Shown: positions 48,758 to 59,337 of the stretch, piece by piece | Position numbering within the stretch: the first letter of the stretch is position 1 | Layout of the letters: every line of letters begins with the position of its first letter | Origin: a virus | Reading direction: 5' to 3' (one strand) | Length of the DNA: 64,000 bases | Virus record (IMG/VR): IMGVR_UViG_3300047667_000558 | Coordinates: 2,278-66,277 of that record | The notes under the pieces: generated by a model | Database searches by the model: none | What the model was told of the DNA's origin: nothing | The model's input: the letters and a program-made list of their open reading frames with translations, nothing else | Made by a program: the position numbers and the translations under genes

Positions 48758-49614
48758 CACAAGGATATATTTTTCTAGGCGTTGATGACCCAGATAAAAC
48801 AACCAATATCGAATGTGCATATGCGTTGAGCCTTAGTATTAAACTGGCTGACCCAGACGCAGAAACGTGTGTCGTAATTCATAAGTTTGCCCATGTTCCT
48901 AAAAGGTACGAGAATGGATTTGACTACATTGTGGAATTACCATATGGGCGTACAGATGTAAATCACCACGATATTATGCTTGATTTTTGGCAGATGTATT
49001 ATTGCACACCATTTGACGAAACTATGTTCATCAACACTTATTCGCTTGCAATTGATAACATTATCAGTCTATGGGAGATGCGCAAATTTGATAGTATTGT
49101 GTTTGGCAGTGCCCAAGATTATCGGGGCGGTGGGACATATGATGTTTCTAAATTTATTGCACAAGCACGTAACAAAATTCCAGAATTTGACACTGATGTA
49201 ATCTATTTTCGTAAAGACCTGTTAGCTAGTGAATTTTTTAAAATGGCTGACCCAGTATTCAAACACTGGCGCGACATTTTTCGTAGTCACTTGCCTGAAT
49301 ACAGCCTAGCAGATTTTGACTTCACAATGGTTATAAACTTGGTTGCACAGATATTGGGCGAAAGCTATCAATCTCCTGAATATTTTGATTACACTGATCT
49401 CTCATTGAATTTCTTGTTTGACCTCGAAACTGACATCCAAACAGATTGGTTAAATAGTGTTAACATTTGGATCACTGACAACATAGATGTAAAAATAAAC
49501 AACCATCGCCAAACTGGTATATTTTATTACAGTGATCCTAGTTTCATGACTACTGAAATTTTAAGGAAATTACATGACAATTACACTGCAGTCACGGCCA
49601 CGCTCGTCGAATAA
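48754..49614 (+). CDS. GT-A-like protein, paralogue of 47107, with a degenerate DxD
   Basis: GYIF, AYALSLSIK, and TPFDETMFINTY where the paralogue has DID. Confidence 0.65.
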   Translation: MTQGYIFLGVDDPDKTTNIECAYALSLSIKLADPDAETCVVIHKFAHVPKRYENGFDYIVELPYGRTDVNHHDIMLDFWQMYYCTPFDETMFINTYSLAIDNIISLWEMRKFDSIVFGSAQDYRGGGTYDVSKFIAQARNKIPEFDTDVIYFRKDLLASEFFKMADPVFKHWRDIFRSHLPEYSLADFDFTMVINLVAQILGESYQSPEYFDYTDLSLNFLFDLETDIQTDWLNSVNIWITDNIDVKINNHRQTGIFYYSDPSFMTTEILRKLHDNYTAVTATLVE

Positions 49615-50566
49615 AGTCTGTTATATCTACTATAACGATTGGACAGGTGAAATCTTGTCCGTTGGCCACAGTTTACGCCCAACGTCCCCCGCTCCATATT
49701 TTCAGTGTGAAGACTTGGCGGCACATCAAATCATCAACGGTACCAAGTCCGATAAAAATTATATTGTCACTGTTGGCATTAACGACGACGCACAACTAGT
49801 TAAAAAATCAAAATATCTACAGGTTTCACAAAAAGAAAAAACATTGTACCTGTTGCCTGAAAAAGTGTTGCCATCATGGGATATACGTGCTACTATATAC
49901 AAAACAAACTCTACATTATTGATTGAAATCAATAATACAATGGTGTCTCGCTTAGTCACAGAACATATGCGCCGTGAAGTGTCTATGCAAGACGACGTTG
50001 TGTTTAAGTTTTACATCATCCGCAAAAATATGCCTGATTGCTTACTCAAGGTCATAGACGTGGACGTCCATGAGCTAATCAATCATGGACACGTGACTGT
50101 GCCACTTGCTGACATTAATCAATTTGCAGGGCTAGACGACATAGCCATTATGACGTGCCGTCTTTTCGAACATTATTACTTCGTTGTAACAGACAATAAA
50201 TACTTAGGCAATGACAGTGCGCCCGCATTGCAAGTTACCGATAAGAAATGGCAATTTGTCCAGACGGATACAGAATCTCATATTGAGTTTAATCAGACAG
50301 GCGACAAAATAGAAATAAAGAGCATTGTTGACGCAACGCAATTGACGGTCGCAGGATTGCATCAACGGCATCTAACATTTTATATAGTAGGTGACACCCC
50401 TGATGAATATTATGATCATATAACAGTAAATGTCAATGATCTTCGTATGGGCAAGACAACAAAATTTATAATTGATTTTGACATAATGGATATGAATATC
50501 ATATACCGTAACCAATTACTTAAAGTGAATAAGAGGACCTTATATGACACTGACACCGATCAATGA
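49574..50566 (+). CDS. Hypothetical protein
   Basis: Long ORF within the operon; no motif recognised. Confidence 0.7.
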   Translation: MTITLQSRPRSSNKVCYIYYNDWTGEILSVGHSLRPTSPAPYFQCEDLAAHQIINGTKSDKNYIVTVGINDDAQLVKKSKYLQVSQKEKTLYLLPEKVLPSWDIRATIYKTNSTLLIEINNTMVSRLVTEHMRREVSMQDDVVFKFYIIRKNMPDCLLKVIDVDVHELINHGHVTVPLADINQFAGLDDIAIMTCRLFEHYYFVVTDNKYLGNDSAPALQVTDKKWQFVQTDTESHIEFNQTGDKIEIKSIVDATQLTVAGLHQRHLTFYIVGDTPDEYYDHITVNVNDLRMGKTTKFIIDFDIMDMNIIYRNQLLKVNKRTLYDTDTDQ

Positions 50567-51560
50567 TTTTGACATCATTTACATTAGCTATGACGAACCA
50601 AACGCAGACGCGAACTGGCATGATCTATTAGACAAATGCCCATGGGCTAAGCGCAGCCATGGAGTATATGGCAGTGACGCGGCGCACAAGGCCGCTGCGA
50701 GGCTATCTGAAACCAGTAGGTTCCTCACTGTCGACGCTGACAACATTGTTGATCCAGAGTTCTTCAATTTAGAGATTGATATGGCAAAACTTGGACGCAG
50801 TGATGTGATTAGTTGGGCAGCAAAGAATGAGATTAACGGGTTGGTCTATGGCAATGGTGGCATCAAATGTTGGCCAAAGCATGTCGTTGAACGCATGCAA
50901 ACACATGAAGCGGCACCTGAAAATAATCCCGCTGCACAGGTGGACTTTTGTTGGAACATCAATTATGTTCAGATGAACAATGTGTATTCACACGTTTACA
51001 ATAATGCAAGTCCCATGCAAGCATGGCGTGCAGGCTTCCGCGAAGGCTGTAAGATGACACTAGTTGGCGGCGACGTAGTAGCGGATAAGGCTCAAGTCAA
51101 AAAGGTACATCACAAAAATCTGCAACGTTTGCTTGTATGGCAATCGGTAGGCACAGACGCTACAAACGGCGACTGGGCTAGGTATGGTGCCCGTCAGGGG
51201 TCTGTGATGACCAATCTACAGCAAGATAGCTGGGATTGGCGTATGGTACGTGATTTTAAATGGCTCAACAATTTCTGGGCAACAAACATCGCCCCATCGT
51301 TTGATGTGCAAGATTATACAAATGAAGCCGATATTCGTATGTGCCCCAACACTGGATACAAGTGGGACAACCTGAAGTTAGCAGAAGAGACCATCTCACT
51401 AGGCCAACAATGCCGTGATGAGTTGGGCTTAGTGATAGCTGATCTTGACGCACAGGGCAGTAAGTTCTTCAAAGCAGTATACGTGAATCCGGCACGAGTT
51501 GCGCCCATGGCTCGCGAAGAAGAAGTCATTAATGAAATCAAGGAAACAAATAATGAATAA
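50544..51560 (+). CDS. GT-A (GT2-like) glycosyltransferase-type protein
   Basis: ISYDEPNA, VDADN (DxD), NGLVYGNGG, AWRAGFREGCK. Confidence 0.75.
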   Translation: MTLTPINDFDIIYISYDEPNADANWHDLLDKCPWAKRSHGVYGSDAAHKAAARLSETSRFLTVDADNIVDPEFFNLEIDMAKLGRSDVISWAAKNEINGLVYGNGGIKCWPKHVVERMQTHEAAPENNPAAQVDFCWNINYVQMNNVYSHVYNNASPMQAWRAGFREGCKMTLVGGDVVADKAQVKKVHHKNLQRLLVWQSVGTDATNGDWARYGARQGSVMTNLQQDSWDWRMVRDFKWLNNFWATNIAPSFDVQDYTNEADIRMCPNTGYKWDNLKLAEETISLGQQCRDELGLVIADLDAQGSKFFKAVYVNPARVAPMAREEEVINEIKETNNE

Positions 51561-53133
51561 AGATGACTTAGAACTCAAAGGATTTAAGATTTCCAACTCT
51601 GGAGCAGTGCAGATGGAAGATGCAAACTTAAATGTACTAAAGGGGTTACTAGATAAGAAAGGCTGCGGACTATGTCTTGCCAAATGGAACCAAGTAACAC
51701 TCCATTTGGGTACAGGCCTGATGCATAGTTGTCACCATCCAGTACCGCATAAAATTCCATTAGAGGAATTGAAAGACAATCCTGCGGCATTATTCAATAC
51801 GAAACACATTAAAAAAGCACGTAAACAAATGCTTAATGGTGAGAAGCCTTCTGAATGTGATTACTGCTGGCGGATCGAAGAAAATGGCGACACCAGCGAC
51901 AGGTTGTACAAAAGTATTGAGCCATGGGCATTGCCATCATATGACAGAGTGGTTGCATCGACTGGTGACGAAGATGTATTTCCAAGCTATCTTGAGGTAG
52001 ATTTCAGTAACGCATGTAACATGAAATGTGTGTATTGTGGTCCTGAATTTTCCAGCAAGTGGGTGAGCGAATTAAAGCAAAAAGGTCCAATAAAATTAAT
52101 GGAAGGAACTCCTGAAGAATCTTGGGCACAAGGCTGGCAAGACTTAGACAGTCTAAGTTACAAGCAGAGTGAAGAAAATCCGTATGTAACTGCTTTCTGG
52201 AAATGGTTTCCAGAAGCGTACACTCATTTAAAAGAGTACCGAATTACAGGCGGTGAGCCACTGATGAGTAAAGAGACCTTTAGAAGTATTGATTGGTTAA
52301 TCGCAAATCCAAATCCTGAGTTACAGTTCAGCATGAACTCGAATTTATGTGTGCCGGACAAGATTTGGGATAAATTTATTGACAAATTAGAAATCTTAAA
52401 GAGTAATAATACTATCAAAAAAGTAACTATGTATGTAAGTGCTGAGTCATGGGGCGAAGCAGCAGAATACGCACGGACAGATATGGACTTCGAATTGTTT
52501 AAGACCCGTGCCGAACAACTTGCGGAAATCGGTAATGTCAGAATAGTAGTGATGGCGGCATTCAATGTGTTGGCTATCACCACATTCAAAACATTATTGG
52601 AATGGATTTTAGAATTAAAGAAAAAACACAATACAAACTCAATTATTGTCAATGATGAAATCAACACTGGATATAAAATGGCTGGGACAGATTTTAAAGA
52701 ACGGGCAGAAAAGAATCCAAGTCTAGTAGATTCATATGCTATTGGAATTGATATACCATACGTGCGTCACCCGACCCATTTAGATGCACAGTATTGCAGC
52801 GATGACTTAGTCGAAGATTATCTGTTGCCTGCTCTGGACTTCATGAGCAATAATGTAGCATGGTCATCGTACAATGGTCATCAAGGTTTCGAGGCACATG
52901 AAGTAGAAAAATTAAAACGTATTATCTATCATCGAATTTATTTTAATCCTAAAAATAATCCGCGATCTGAAGACACGAAGATCAAACAGCAACGCGCATT
53001 GTTTTACGAGTTTGTTGAGGTGCTTGATGCCCGTCGCAATACTGACTTCTTAGCTGTGTTTCCTGAAATGAAAGAATTCTACGAGATATGCAAGAACGAG
53101 AAATTACAGGTTGATGCGAAATTCAATAAATGA
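51553..53133 (+). CDS. Radical SAM enzyme with an N-terminal SPASM/twitch-like Cys cluster
   Basis: CNMKCVYC (CxxxCxxC) and TGGEPL; N-terminal CLAKW...SCHH...CDYCW. Confidence 0.88.
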   Translation: MNKDDLELKGFKISNSGAVQMEDANLNVLKGLLDKKGCGLCLAKWNQVTLHLGTGLMHSCHHPVPHKIPLEELKDNPAALFNTKHIKKARKQMLNGEKPSECDYCWRIEENGDTSDRLYKSIEPWALPSYDRVVASTGDEDVFPSYLEVDFSNACNMKCVYCGPEFSSKWVSELKQKGPIKLMEGTPEESWAQGWQDLDSLSYKQSEENPYVTAFWKWFPEAYTHLKEYRITGGEPLMSKETFRSIDWLIANPNPELQFSMNSNLCVPDKIWDKFIDKLEILKSNNTIKKVTMYVSAESWGEAAEYARTDMDFELFKTRAEQLAEIGNVRIVVMAAFNVLAITTFKTLLEWILELKKKHNTNSIIVNDEINTGYKMAGTDFKERAEKNPSLVDSYAIGIDIPYVRHPTHLDAQYCSDDLVEDYLLPALDFMSNNVAWSSYNGHQGFEAHEVEKLKRIIYHRIYFNPKNNPRSEDTKIKQQRALFYEFVEVLDARRNTDFLAVFPEMKEFYEICKNEKLQVDAKFNK

Positions 53134-53149
53134 AACTGGTACCGTAATC

Positions 53150-54391
53150 ATGTTTAATATATTCCCAGTATGGCCTGATCCAAAATATCCTAAGTCTGAT
53201 ATATTTGCTGTTAATTATAAGATAACAGATGTATCAGACAGTGGTCCATTATTGATATGGCACGAGTTAAATGGTGACCCAATGGCACCACCATTTAATA
53301 CCATACTCGACGGCACGCTGTTTGCTAAGTTGGACAGCGAGACTATTGACCGAGTTAACAACAAGACTGCATGGATAGTGATCAACACTGCAAACGAATG
53401 TATTGGTCCCTCGTATACAGACGAGGAGGTACGGGTAGACTATTTAAATTTGCACGAAATATTAACGGTATCTGCCATGAAATATGGGATTGATCCTACG
53501 TCGGTTATATGGTTGACTGGTGACTTAAATGCCGAAGACAAATTGATTGACCTAACACCAATTCACGTTATAAGTGCCTGCGTCTTTGTGCCATTAGTAC
53601 ACCGCATGATTACTGCACACCAAACAGCAGTATCATTGTCAACGTTTTCACATCCATATAAATTTAAAAATGTTGCAATCTCTCCTAATCGTCACATAAA
53701 TTCGCATCGAACTTACATGATTACCAGACTGGCGCAATTGGAATTGTTGGAAAACATAAACTACAGTTTTCCCAGAAATATACACGGTAAAACAATCAGC
53801 GACGGATACTGTGATCTTAAAATTAAAAGCAACATATCACCCACGTTTGATCAACACAACTTAATTGACTGGGACCAGATGGCAGTTACGTGCATGGAGC
53901 TATATCAATGTGAGTTGCCACTAACAATTGACGTTGACCCCAATACCAATACGTGTCTAGGACTAGACGCCTTCCTGACATTGAAGCAGCCATACCAAGA
54001 CAGCATATATAGTATTCTGACAGAGTCGCATGCAGACGGCGGTAAATGCTTTATTAGCGAAGCGTTGGTCGTGGCTATCGTTATGCAGACGCCATTCTTG
54101 TTAGTAGGAAATCGAGGCGTGATCGCACAGATGCGGGCATGGGGATTACACACATTTGACGATCTATTTGATGAATCATACGACGACGAGGTTGATGATA
54201 TTAAACGGTATGAAATGATCATCGAACAGATACAACGCATTGACAATATGCCATGGGAAGAATTGTTAGCAATTCGCATGAGTATGAAACAAAAATTAGA
54301 TGAGAATGTTACTCGTTTAGCTACACTGTCTGCCGAATTAGATCAGTCTCTCAATGACAAGTTAAGTCGTATTATTGCGAATAGTAACTAA
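53150..54391 (+). CDS. GT10 (fucosyltransferase)-like protein, paralogue 1
   Basis: NR....HR, ILTES....FISE......PF..G, G..TF...FDESYD. Start could be 53114. Confidence 0.6.
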   Translation: MFNIFPVWPDPKYPKSDIFAVNYKITDVSDSGPLLIWHELNGDPMAPPFNTILDGTLFAKLDSETIDRVNNKTAWIVINTANECIGPSYTDEEVRVDYLNLHEILTVSAMKYGIDPTSVIWLTGDLNAEDKLIDLTPIHVISACVFVPLVHRMITAHQTAVSLSTFSHPYKFKNVAISPNRHINSHRTYMITRLAQLELLENINYSFPRNIHGKTISDGYCDLKIKSNISPTFDQHNLIDWDQMAVTCMELYQCELPLTIDVDPNTNTCLGLDAFLTLKQPYQDSIYSILTESHADGGKCFISEALVVAIVMQTPFLLVGNRGVIAQMRAWGLHTFDDLFDESYDDEVDDIKRYEMIIEQIQRIDNMPWEELLAIRMSMKQKLDENVTRLATLSAELDQSLNDKLSRIIANSN

Positions 54392-54736
54392 CGGCACATC
54401 ACAGTCGTCCCATCGTTTTGTAAGCATACTGACAAATCTTAGATCAGTGACTGCTTTAAATGAATGTGGAAGGTACGCAGGAACGCGCACACTGTCGCCA
54501 ACGTTTAACACAGTTGTGTACTCACAACTATCACCGTATTCAGTAAAATTACAAACACCATCCACCACCATGATATATTCAACAAACTCAGGATGATAAT
54601 GATATCCTCGTTCATTGCCTTGCAATGTAGTGAGTAAGTTGTATTCTACTATATGGTCGTCTGGAAAGAAACTCTGAATGGTGCCACGCGGATCACCAAA
54701 TACAGTAGGGGTCATTATTGTGCAATATTTTAACAT
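54362..54736 (-). CDS. Cupin, NDP-sugar isomerase/epimerase-like (FdtA/RmlC type)
   Basis: D.RG, RGYHYH...E, and PH cupin motifs. Confidence 0.75.
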   Translation of the reverse strand: MLKYCTIMTPTVFGDPRGTIQSFFPDDHIVEYNLLTTLQGNERGYHYHPEFVEYIMVVDGVCNFTEYGDSCEYTTVLNVGDSVRVPAYLPHSFKAVTDLRFVSMLTKRWDDCDVPLVTIRNNTT

Positions 54737-55806
54737 TATATTCCTCGTTTAACAATTTCGCTGATATGACTGACATCAGCGTATGTCAGGCTGTGTTGAC
54801 TAGGCAAATGCAATCCTCTCCGTGCAATAGTTTCTGCGTTTGGGATGTCTGTCTGTTCAAATTGACTATGGAACGGTTGCTGAGTCAACGGCTGGTAAGC
54901 AATACGGTAACCAATGTTGTTGAGCTTTAATGACTCTATGATTTCATCGCGATATAAAGTTAATATCTCTGGGTAAATTGGCGCAGTGTTGTGTAGGTTA
55001 GTACCTACAAACATTGCATGGCCTCCCAAATGTGTGCGGTACCATTCATAAATTTGCTTTTTATGATCTACGATCTCCTGTAACCGTTCAAATTGTCCTA
55101 ATCCAAATGCAGCCTGCAAGTCTGTAAATTTATAATTTAGTCCCATGGTGTTATAAATCTCACCATCGGCCACTGTTCTGCCGAAGTTCTTGATAGCCTT
55201 GATTTGGTCACTGATGTCGTCGCAATCAGTAACGATGCAGCCACCTTGTCCGGTCGTAATCATTTTAGGTGCACCAAAACTAAACACACCCATATCTCCC
55301 AGTGTGCCTACATGTTTGCCGTCATGGAAACTTCCCAATGACTGTGCACTGTCTTCAATTACCATGACGCCCTGTGATTGTAATTTGATAATTTCTTCAG
55401 TGGTGTCTTTTGACAATCTGCCGTTGATACTGGTTACAAATACTACGCCACAATCGGGCGGAATTTTTTTAAAGTCGATGGTACATGAGGTATTATCGAT
55501 GTCAACAAAGCACGGTACACCGCCTAAACTGATCGCCCCGTTAACAGTTGCTGCCTGTGTGTACGCACTCGCCGCGAACTTGACCCCAGGCCGTATGCCC
55601 GCAATCATGGCCGCTATGTGCAATCCAGCAGTCGCGCTAGTAACCATGTGAGCGTGTGCGCTGTTTGTGTACTCACAAATCTTGTCTTCTAGCTCTCGCG
55701 TCAATTTATGTTCCATGATCCAACCGCCCGAAGACATGTACTCCGACACGCGGTCACGCTCAGCTTGAGTGTATTCAGGATTCATATAGCTATTAGGTGT
55801 TATCAT
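54736..55806 (-). CDS. DegT/DnrJ/EryC1/StrS PLP-dependent sugar aminotransferase
   Basis: TSATAGLH, IEDSAQSLG, FSFGAPKMITTGQGG (PLP Lys), GLNYK..DLQAA, GLHLPS. Confidence 0.92.
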   Translation of the reverse strand: MITPNSYMNPEYTQAERDRVSEYMSSGGWIMEHKLTRELEDKICEYTNSAHAHMVTSATAGLHIAAMIAGIRPGVKFAASAYTQAATVNGAISLGGVPCFVDIDNTSCTIDFKKIPPDCGVVFVTSINGRLSKDTTEEIIKLQSQGVMVIEDSAQSLGSFHDGKHVGTLGDMGVFSFGAPKMITTGQGGCIVTDCDDISDQIKAIKNFGRTVADGEIYNTMGLNYKFTDLQAAFGLGQFERLQEIVDHKKQIYEWYRTHLGGHAMFVGTNLHNTAPIYPEILTLYRDEIIESLKLNNIGYRIAYQPLTQQPFHSQFEQTDIPNAETIARRGLHLPSQHSLTYADVSHISEIVKRGI

Positions 55807-56701
55807 GCTGCACCATATAATCTTCATATGTTTTTGTCAAGGCGTCTTCAATAGTAAATTTAGGTTTCCATCCCAATGACCGCAATCTGGAATTGTCCAT
55901 GCGCCGATGCAGGACACCTTCTGGCTGATCACGGTTGAACCAAAGTCTGCCAGTGAACCCGCTTATAGTCTTCAATCGGTCGGCAATGTATCCGATACTA
56001 ATGGCCTCGCCATAGCTGACATTGACAACGTCAAATTCGTCGTTGTTAATGATTAAGTCGTATGCTGTGATTGCGTCTTCAACGTACAGGAGGTCACGTG
56101 TCTGGTTACCACTTCCCCATATTTCAATTTCGGTCAAGTCGTCTTGGACAGCATTGTGAAATTTCTCAATCAGTGCACCGATCACATGTGCGTACTTGCC
56201 GTTTCTTTCACCCGCTCCGAAAATATTGGTGTTGATTGCGGTAGTCCATTTTGATCCATAGTTCGCATTATGTGCTTTAATTTGTTCCATGCCGAGTAGT
56301 TTACACATTGCACTTGGCATATACGCTGGATGCGGTTTGCCGGACATCAAGTCATCTTCAACAAAATATTGATCATTGCCTGCATTTGGATAACTACATC
56401 CACTGCCCTGTAACAACACCCTGTGGATTTTATTCTCGTGAGCAGTTTGCAATAGATTGTTCTGGATACTAATGTTGTCACCATACACCGAAAAGCTGTT
56501 GTCCAAGTCTTCCTGTATGCCACCAACTGACGCCGCATTAATGATTACATGGGTAGGTTCGTACAGACTAATGTCAACCCGTGTGGCAATATAATTTTTA
56601 TAGTTGATAGTGGACGTGTTGCCACCCTCACAATTGTCAAAATATTCCATCATCTTGCTGCCGATCAATCCGCGATTTCCGGCGATGTAATATGAGTTCA
56701 T
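55793..56701 (-). CDS. GDP-L-fucose synthase-like NDP-sugar epimerase/reductase
   Basis: G.RGLIG, AASVGGI, GSGCSYP, HVIGALI.K, IWGSG...RD.LYVED. The catalytic YxxxK reads SAMCK. Confidence 0.8.
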   Translation of the reverse strand: MNSYYIAGNRGLIGSKMMEYFDNCEGGNTSTINYKNYIATRVDISLYEPTHVIINAASVGGIQEDLDNSFSVYGDNISIQNNLLQTAHENKIHRVLLQGSGCSYPNAGNDQYFVEDDLMSGKPHPAYMPSAMCKLLGMEQIKAHNANYGSKWTTAINTNIFGAGERNGKYAHVIGALIEKFHNAVQDDLTEIEIWGSGNQTRDLLYVEDAITAYDLIINNDEFDVVNVSYGEAISIGYIADRLKTISGFTGRLWFNRDQPEGVLHRRMDNSRLRSLGWKPKFTIEDALTKTYEDYMVQHDNT

Positions 56702-56820
56702 GGCGTGTTCCTTTTAATATCTTGGCATAGTGTCTTTATGTCTGTTGTGGTCATGCATAAGTGACACCGCACTCGCTGCCCACGATCTTCTCCAACAAAA
56801 AATAATCTAACGTTAGTCAT
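56698..56820 (-). CDS. 40-aa micro-ORF coupled to both neighbours
   Basis: MTNVRLFFVGEDRGQRVRCHLCMTTTDIKTLCQDIKRNTP*; 8-bp overlap upstream and ATGA overlap downstream. Confidence 0.4.
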   Translation of the reverse strand: MTNVRLFFVGEDRGQRVRCHLCMTTTDIKTLCQDIKRNTP

Positions 56821-57988
56821 TTTCGATCACATGTACAGTTGGCATTGCAAACACCATCTTACCGCCAGCAGCAATCCAATCTGCTTCTTTCTCGACGAAC
56901 ATATCTTTGAAACCAAAGTTAGGGACAAAAAATACGTCAGCTTTTTCTCTTGCTTCCTCTTCAGAAATAATCGGAATGTTTGTCCCTACCGTAAATCTGC
57001 CAATCTTGTCAGGATGTATTTCAGCAGCACCGTCAAATAAGTCATACAGTCCCCATAATTGTAGCATTGTATTCCCCTTCGTACTGGCACCATAAACGTA
57101 ACATGACAATCCTTCATCCTTAAAGGCACGAAGCACTTGTTGTAATTCCTTGCCATTGTGTTCGATTGTTTCAGCAAAGGTATCAAGGCTTGACAAATCC
57201 TCTTGATATGATATACTACCGCCGCTATAATGTCTACCCCATATTTGATAGCTACCGCCTTGAATGTCATTCTCAACTACTTTGAAAATCTCTAATCCAT
57301 TCTGCTCGTACAATCTGACAAGACTGTCGTAACTGTAATATTCCAAATGCTCGTGACAAATATTGCCAACATCATACATTTCCAGCATTGGAGCAAGCGT
57401 CATCAATTGGGCGATAAAGACGCCGTCACTTTGCAACGTCTCTTTCACACACTGGATGAATTGATTTGGATTATCCATGTCGTAAAACATTCCAATCGCG
57501 GTGATCACTTTTGCTAATTTGCCATCCATATGAGAGTGGTTCCACATCATTGGGATCACGATGTCGGCGTGATTAGCCAGCTTGGTAATGAGATTTGCAG
57601 CAGGTTCGCACCCAACACGGACGCGCCATGAATCAACCCCACTTAATAACGTGCCATCATTCGCACCAATATCTAACACTACATCACCTATGTCAGTTAT
57701 TGTGTTGATCATGGCGGCAATATCCAATAGGTTATCTCTCAATTTAGCATTAATTCCGCTCTGATACCAATAGTGATCTTGGTACAATATTTTAGGATCA
57801 ACTGTATGCCTGAGTTGCACTAAGTCGCACTGTTCACATTGATCAAGGACTAATGGTGCCTTTGGTGTCTGTGCATTAGACGCCTGCAATGGAAAATCGT
57901 TTATACAGATTTGTCCAAAGTCAATAATCTCTTTAAGTTTCCCATCACAAACTCTACATGTGGTGGCAATGTTAACACAACTATTCAT
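56813..57988 (-). CDS. NDP-hexose C-methyltransferase (Zn-binding N-terminal, SAM and C-terminal domains)
   Basis: CRVC...C..C.LVQL, DIGANDGTLL, CHEHLEYY, YGASTKGNT. Confidence 0.88.
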   Translation of the reverse strand: MNSCVNIATTCRVCDGKLKEIIDFGQICINDFPLQASNAQTPKAPLVLDQCEQCDLVQLRHTVDPKILYQDHYWYQSGINAKLRDNLLDIAAMINTITDIGDVVLDIGANDGTLLSGVDSWRVRVGCEPAANLITKLANHADIVIPMMWNHSHMDGKLAKVITAIGMFYDMDNPNQFIQCVKETLQSDGVFIAQLMTLAPMLEMYDVGNICHEHLEYYSYDSLVRLYEQNGLEIFKVVENDIQGGSYQIWGRHYSGGSISYQEDLSSLDTFAETIEHNGKELQQVLRAFKDEGLSCYVYGASTKGNTMLQLWGLYDLFDGAAEIHPDKIGRFTVGTNIPIISEEEAREKADVFFVPNFGFKDMFVEKEADWIAAGGKMVFAMPTVHVIEND

Positions 57989-58760
57989 ATCCGGCTTCCT
58001 TTGCGATAGTATAACATTTTTCGACATCAAACGCAAGTTCAATCGTCATTTTTCGGTATGCGCTATTGTGCATGTCGGTTTCTTCGTAGTATAATGTATT
58101 TGTCTTGTCAGCATAGTCAGATGTCAGTTCTTCGAAGAATAGATTGTCAGCAACAAGTGCTTTAATCATTGGGACTATTCTTTCATATGGAAAATTGTCA
58201 ATAACTAATTCTGTCACTGTGTCATCCTCTGTTGCATGCCATACATTCGTCGGCATATATTCTGTTTTAAGCATACTTATTGCTTGGGCAACCATGTCAT
58301 TTCTTTTGATGATTGTAATGCAGTCCGCCTCTTGAAATAAACAAGCTACCACTTCTGGAGTAACATGTTGGTATCGCATTAGCTTGACACACCAATTCTT
58401 ATTTGAGGCGCGTAGTGCTTTCCATCTAATTTCATGGGCAGTAATAAAGTCATTGCAGGTAGGAAATTTATCAGTCAACACGTACTGGAAATTGTCAACA
58501 GTTTCATATACGCTGTCTAATCTTGGCTGATGATACTGGCTTCCCCACGCAGATTCAAAATCTCCAATCTCCAAATATTTCAAACATTCTGGTGTTATTC
58601 GGTCATATAATATAGTCTGTCCGTCTTGACTTCTTGGTAATATTAAGTTTTCAATATTGAAGTATTCCATTAGGTTCAGGTCAGCGTCGACCATACTTGC
58701 AATAGCGTGGCCACCTGATCTAGGCGTAGCTAAAAATACAGTGTTTACACCATTACTCAT
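57981..58760 (-). CDS. Sulfotransferase-like (Stf0-type) protein
   Basis: ATPRSG (5'-PSB loop), R.D...QAIS (3'-PB) and LYYE. Confidence 0.6.
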   Translation of the reverse strand: MSNGVNTVFLATPRSGGHAIASMVDADLNLMEYFNIENLILPRSQDGQTILYDRITPECLKYLEIGDFESAWGSQYHQPRLDSVYETVDNFQYVLTDKFPTCNDFITAHEIRWKALRASNKNWCVKLMRYQHVTPEVVACLFQEADCITIIKRNDMVAQAISMLKTEYMPTNVWHATEDDTVTELVIDNFPYERIVPMIKALVADNLFFEELTSDYADKTNTLYYEETDMHNSAYRKMTIELAFDVEKCYTIAKEAGYE

Positions 58761-59337
58761 ATGTGATAACTTTCATGGTGGCATGGTCTGTATTTAACAA
58801 CGTAGTGTTATTCCATGCTTGTCGTGCATAGTCGTGCATGAACATGGCATTGTCAGGCGACAGGGGGGTCGTGCAATTCCCCAAAATATAATGGTGGAAA
58901 TGTGGGTATGTCAATCTAATTGACGTAATGCTACTTGGCAGACAAATGTCACTATGCAGCCCTGCCCAGATGAAGCCGCGCCGACCCCAATCATGATAAT
59001 CAGGGACCACTGTCTGTACCCCATGTTCCCAAAAGAACTCCTGTAAACGTGTCTGGAACGGATATGTTTTATGCCCTTGACTCACGCCATTACGACGCAA
59101 CGACTGTAACATAAAGTCACTTGACTTCACACATTTAATAAATTCGTCAACACAGTACTCAACATGATCGTGGGCATCTGCTATCGTCAAATTATCGCAT
59201 TGCAGACATGCATGGTCTTCGCGCATATCAACCAACGTAACTTGCCATTGACTTGGTGAAAGATGTAGGGTAATGTTTTCTGTCACAAATTCCCCATGTA
59301 CCACGTGTGGGTCACCTCGCAATATCACGTTATTCAT
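58753..59337 (-). CDS. Hypothetical protein
   Basis: 8-bp overlaps with both neighbours within the operon. Confidence 0.65.
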   Translation of the reverse strand: MNNVILRGDPHVVHGEFVTENITLHLSPSQWQVTLVDMREDHACLQCDNLTIADAHDHVEYCVDEFIKCVKSSDFMLQSLRRNGVSQGHKTYPFQTRLQEFFWEHGVQTVVPDYHDWGRRGFIWAGLHSDICLPSSITSIRLTYPHFHHYILGNCTTPLSPDNAMFMHDYARQAWNNTTLLNTDHATMKVITYE

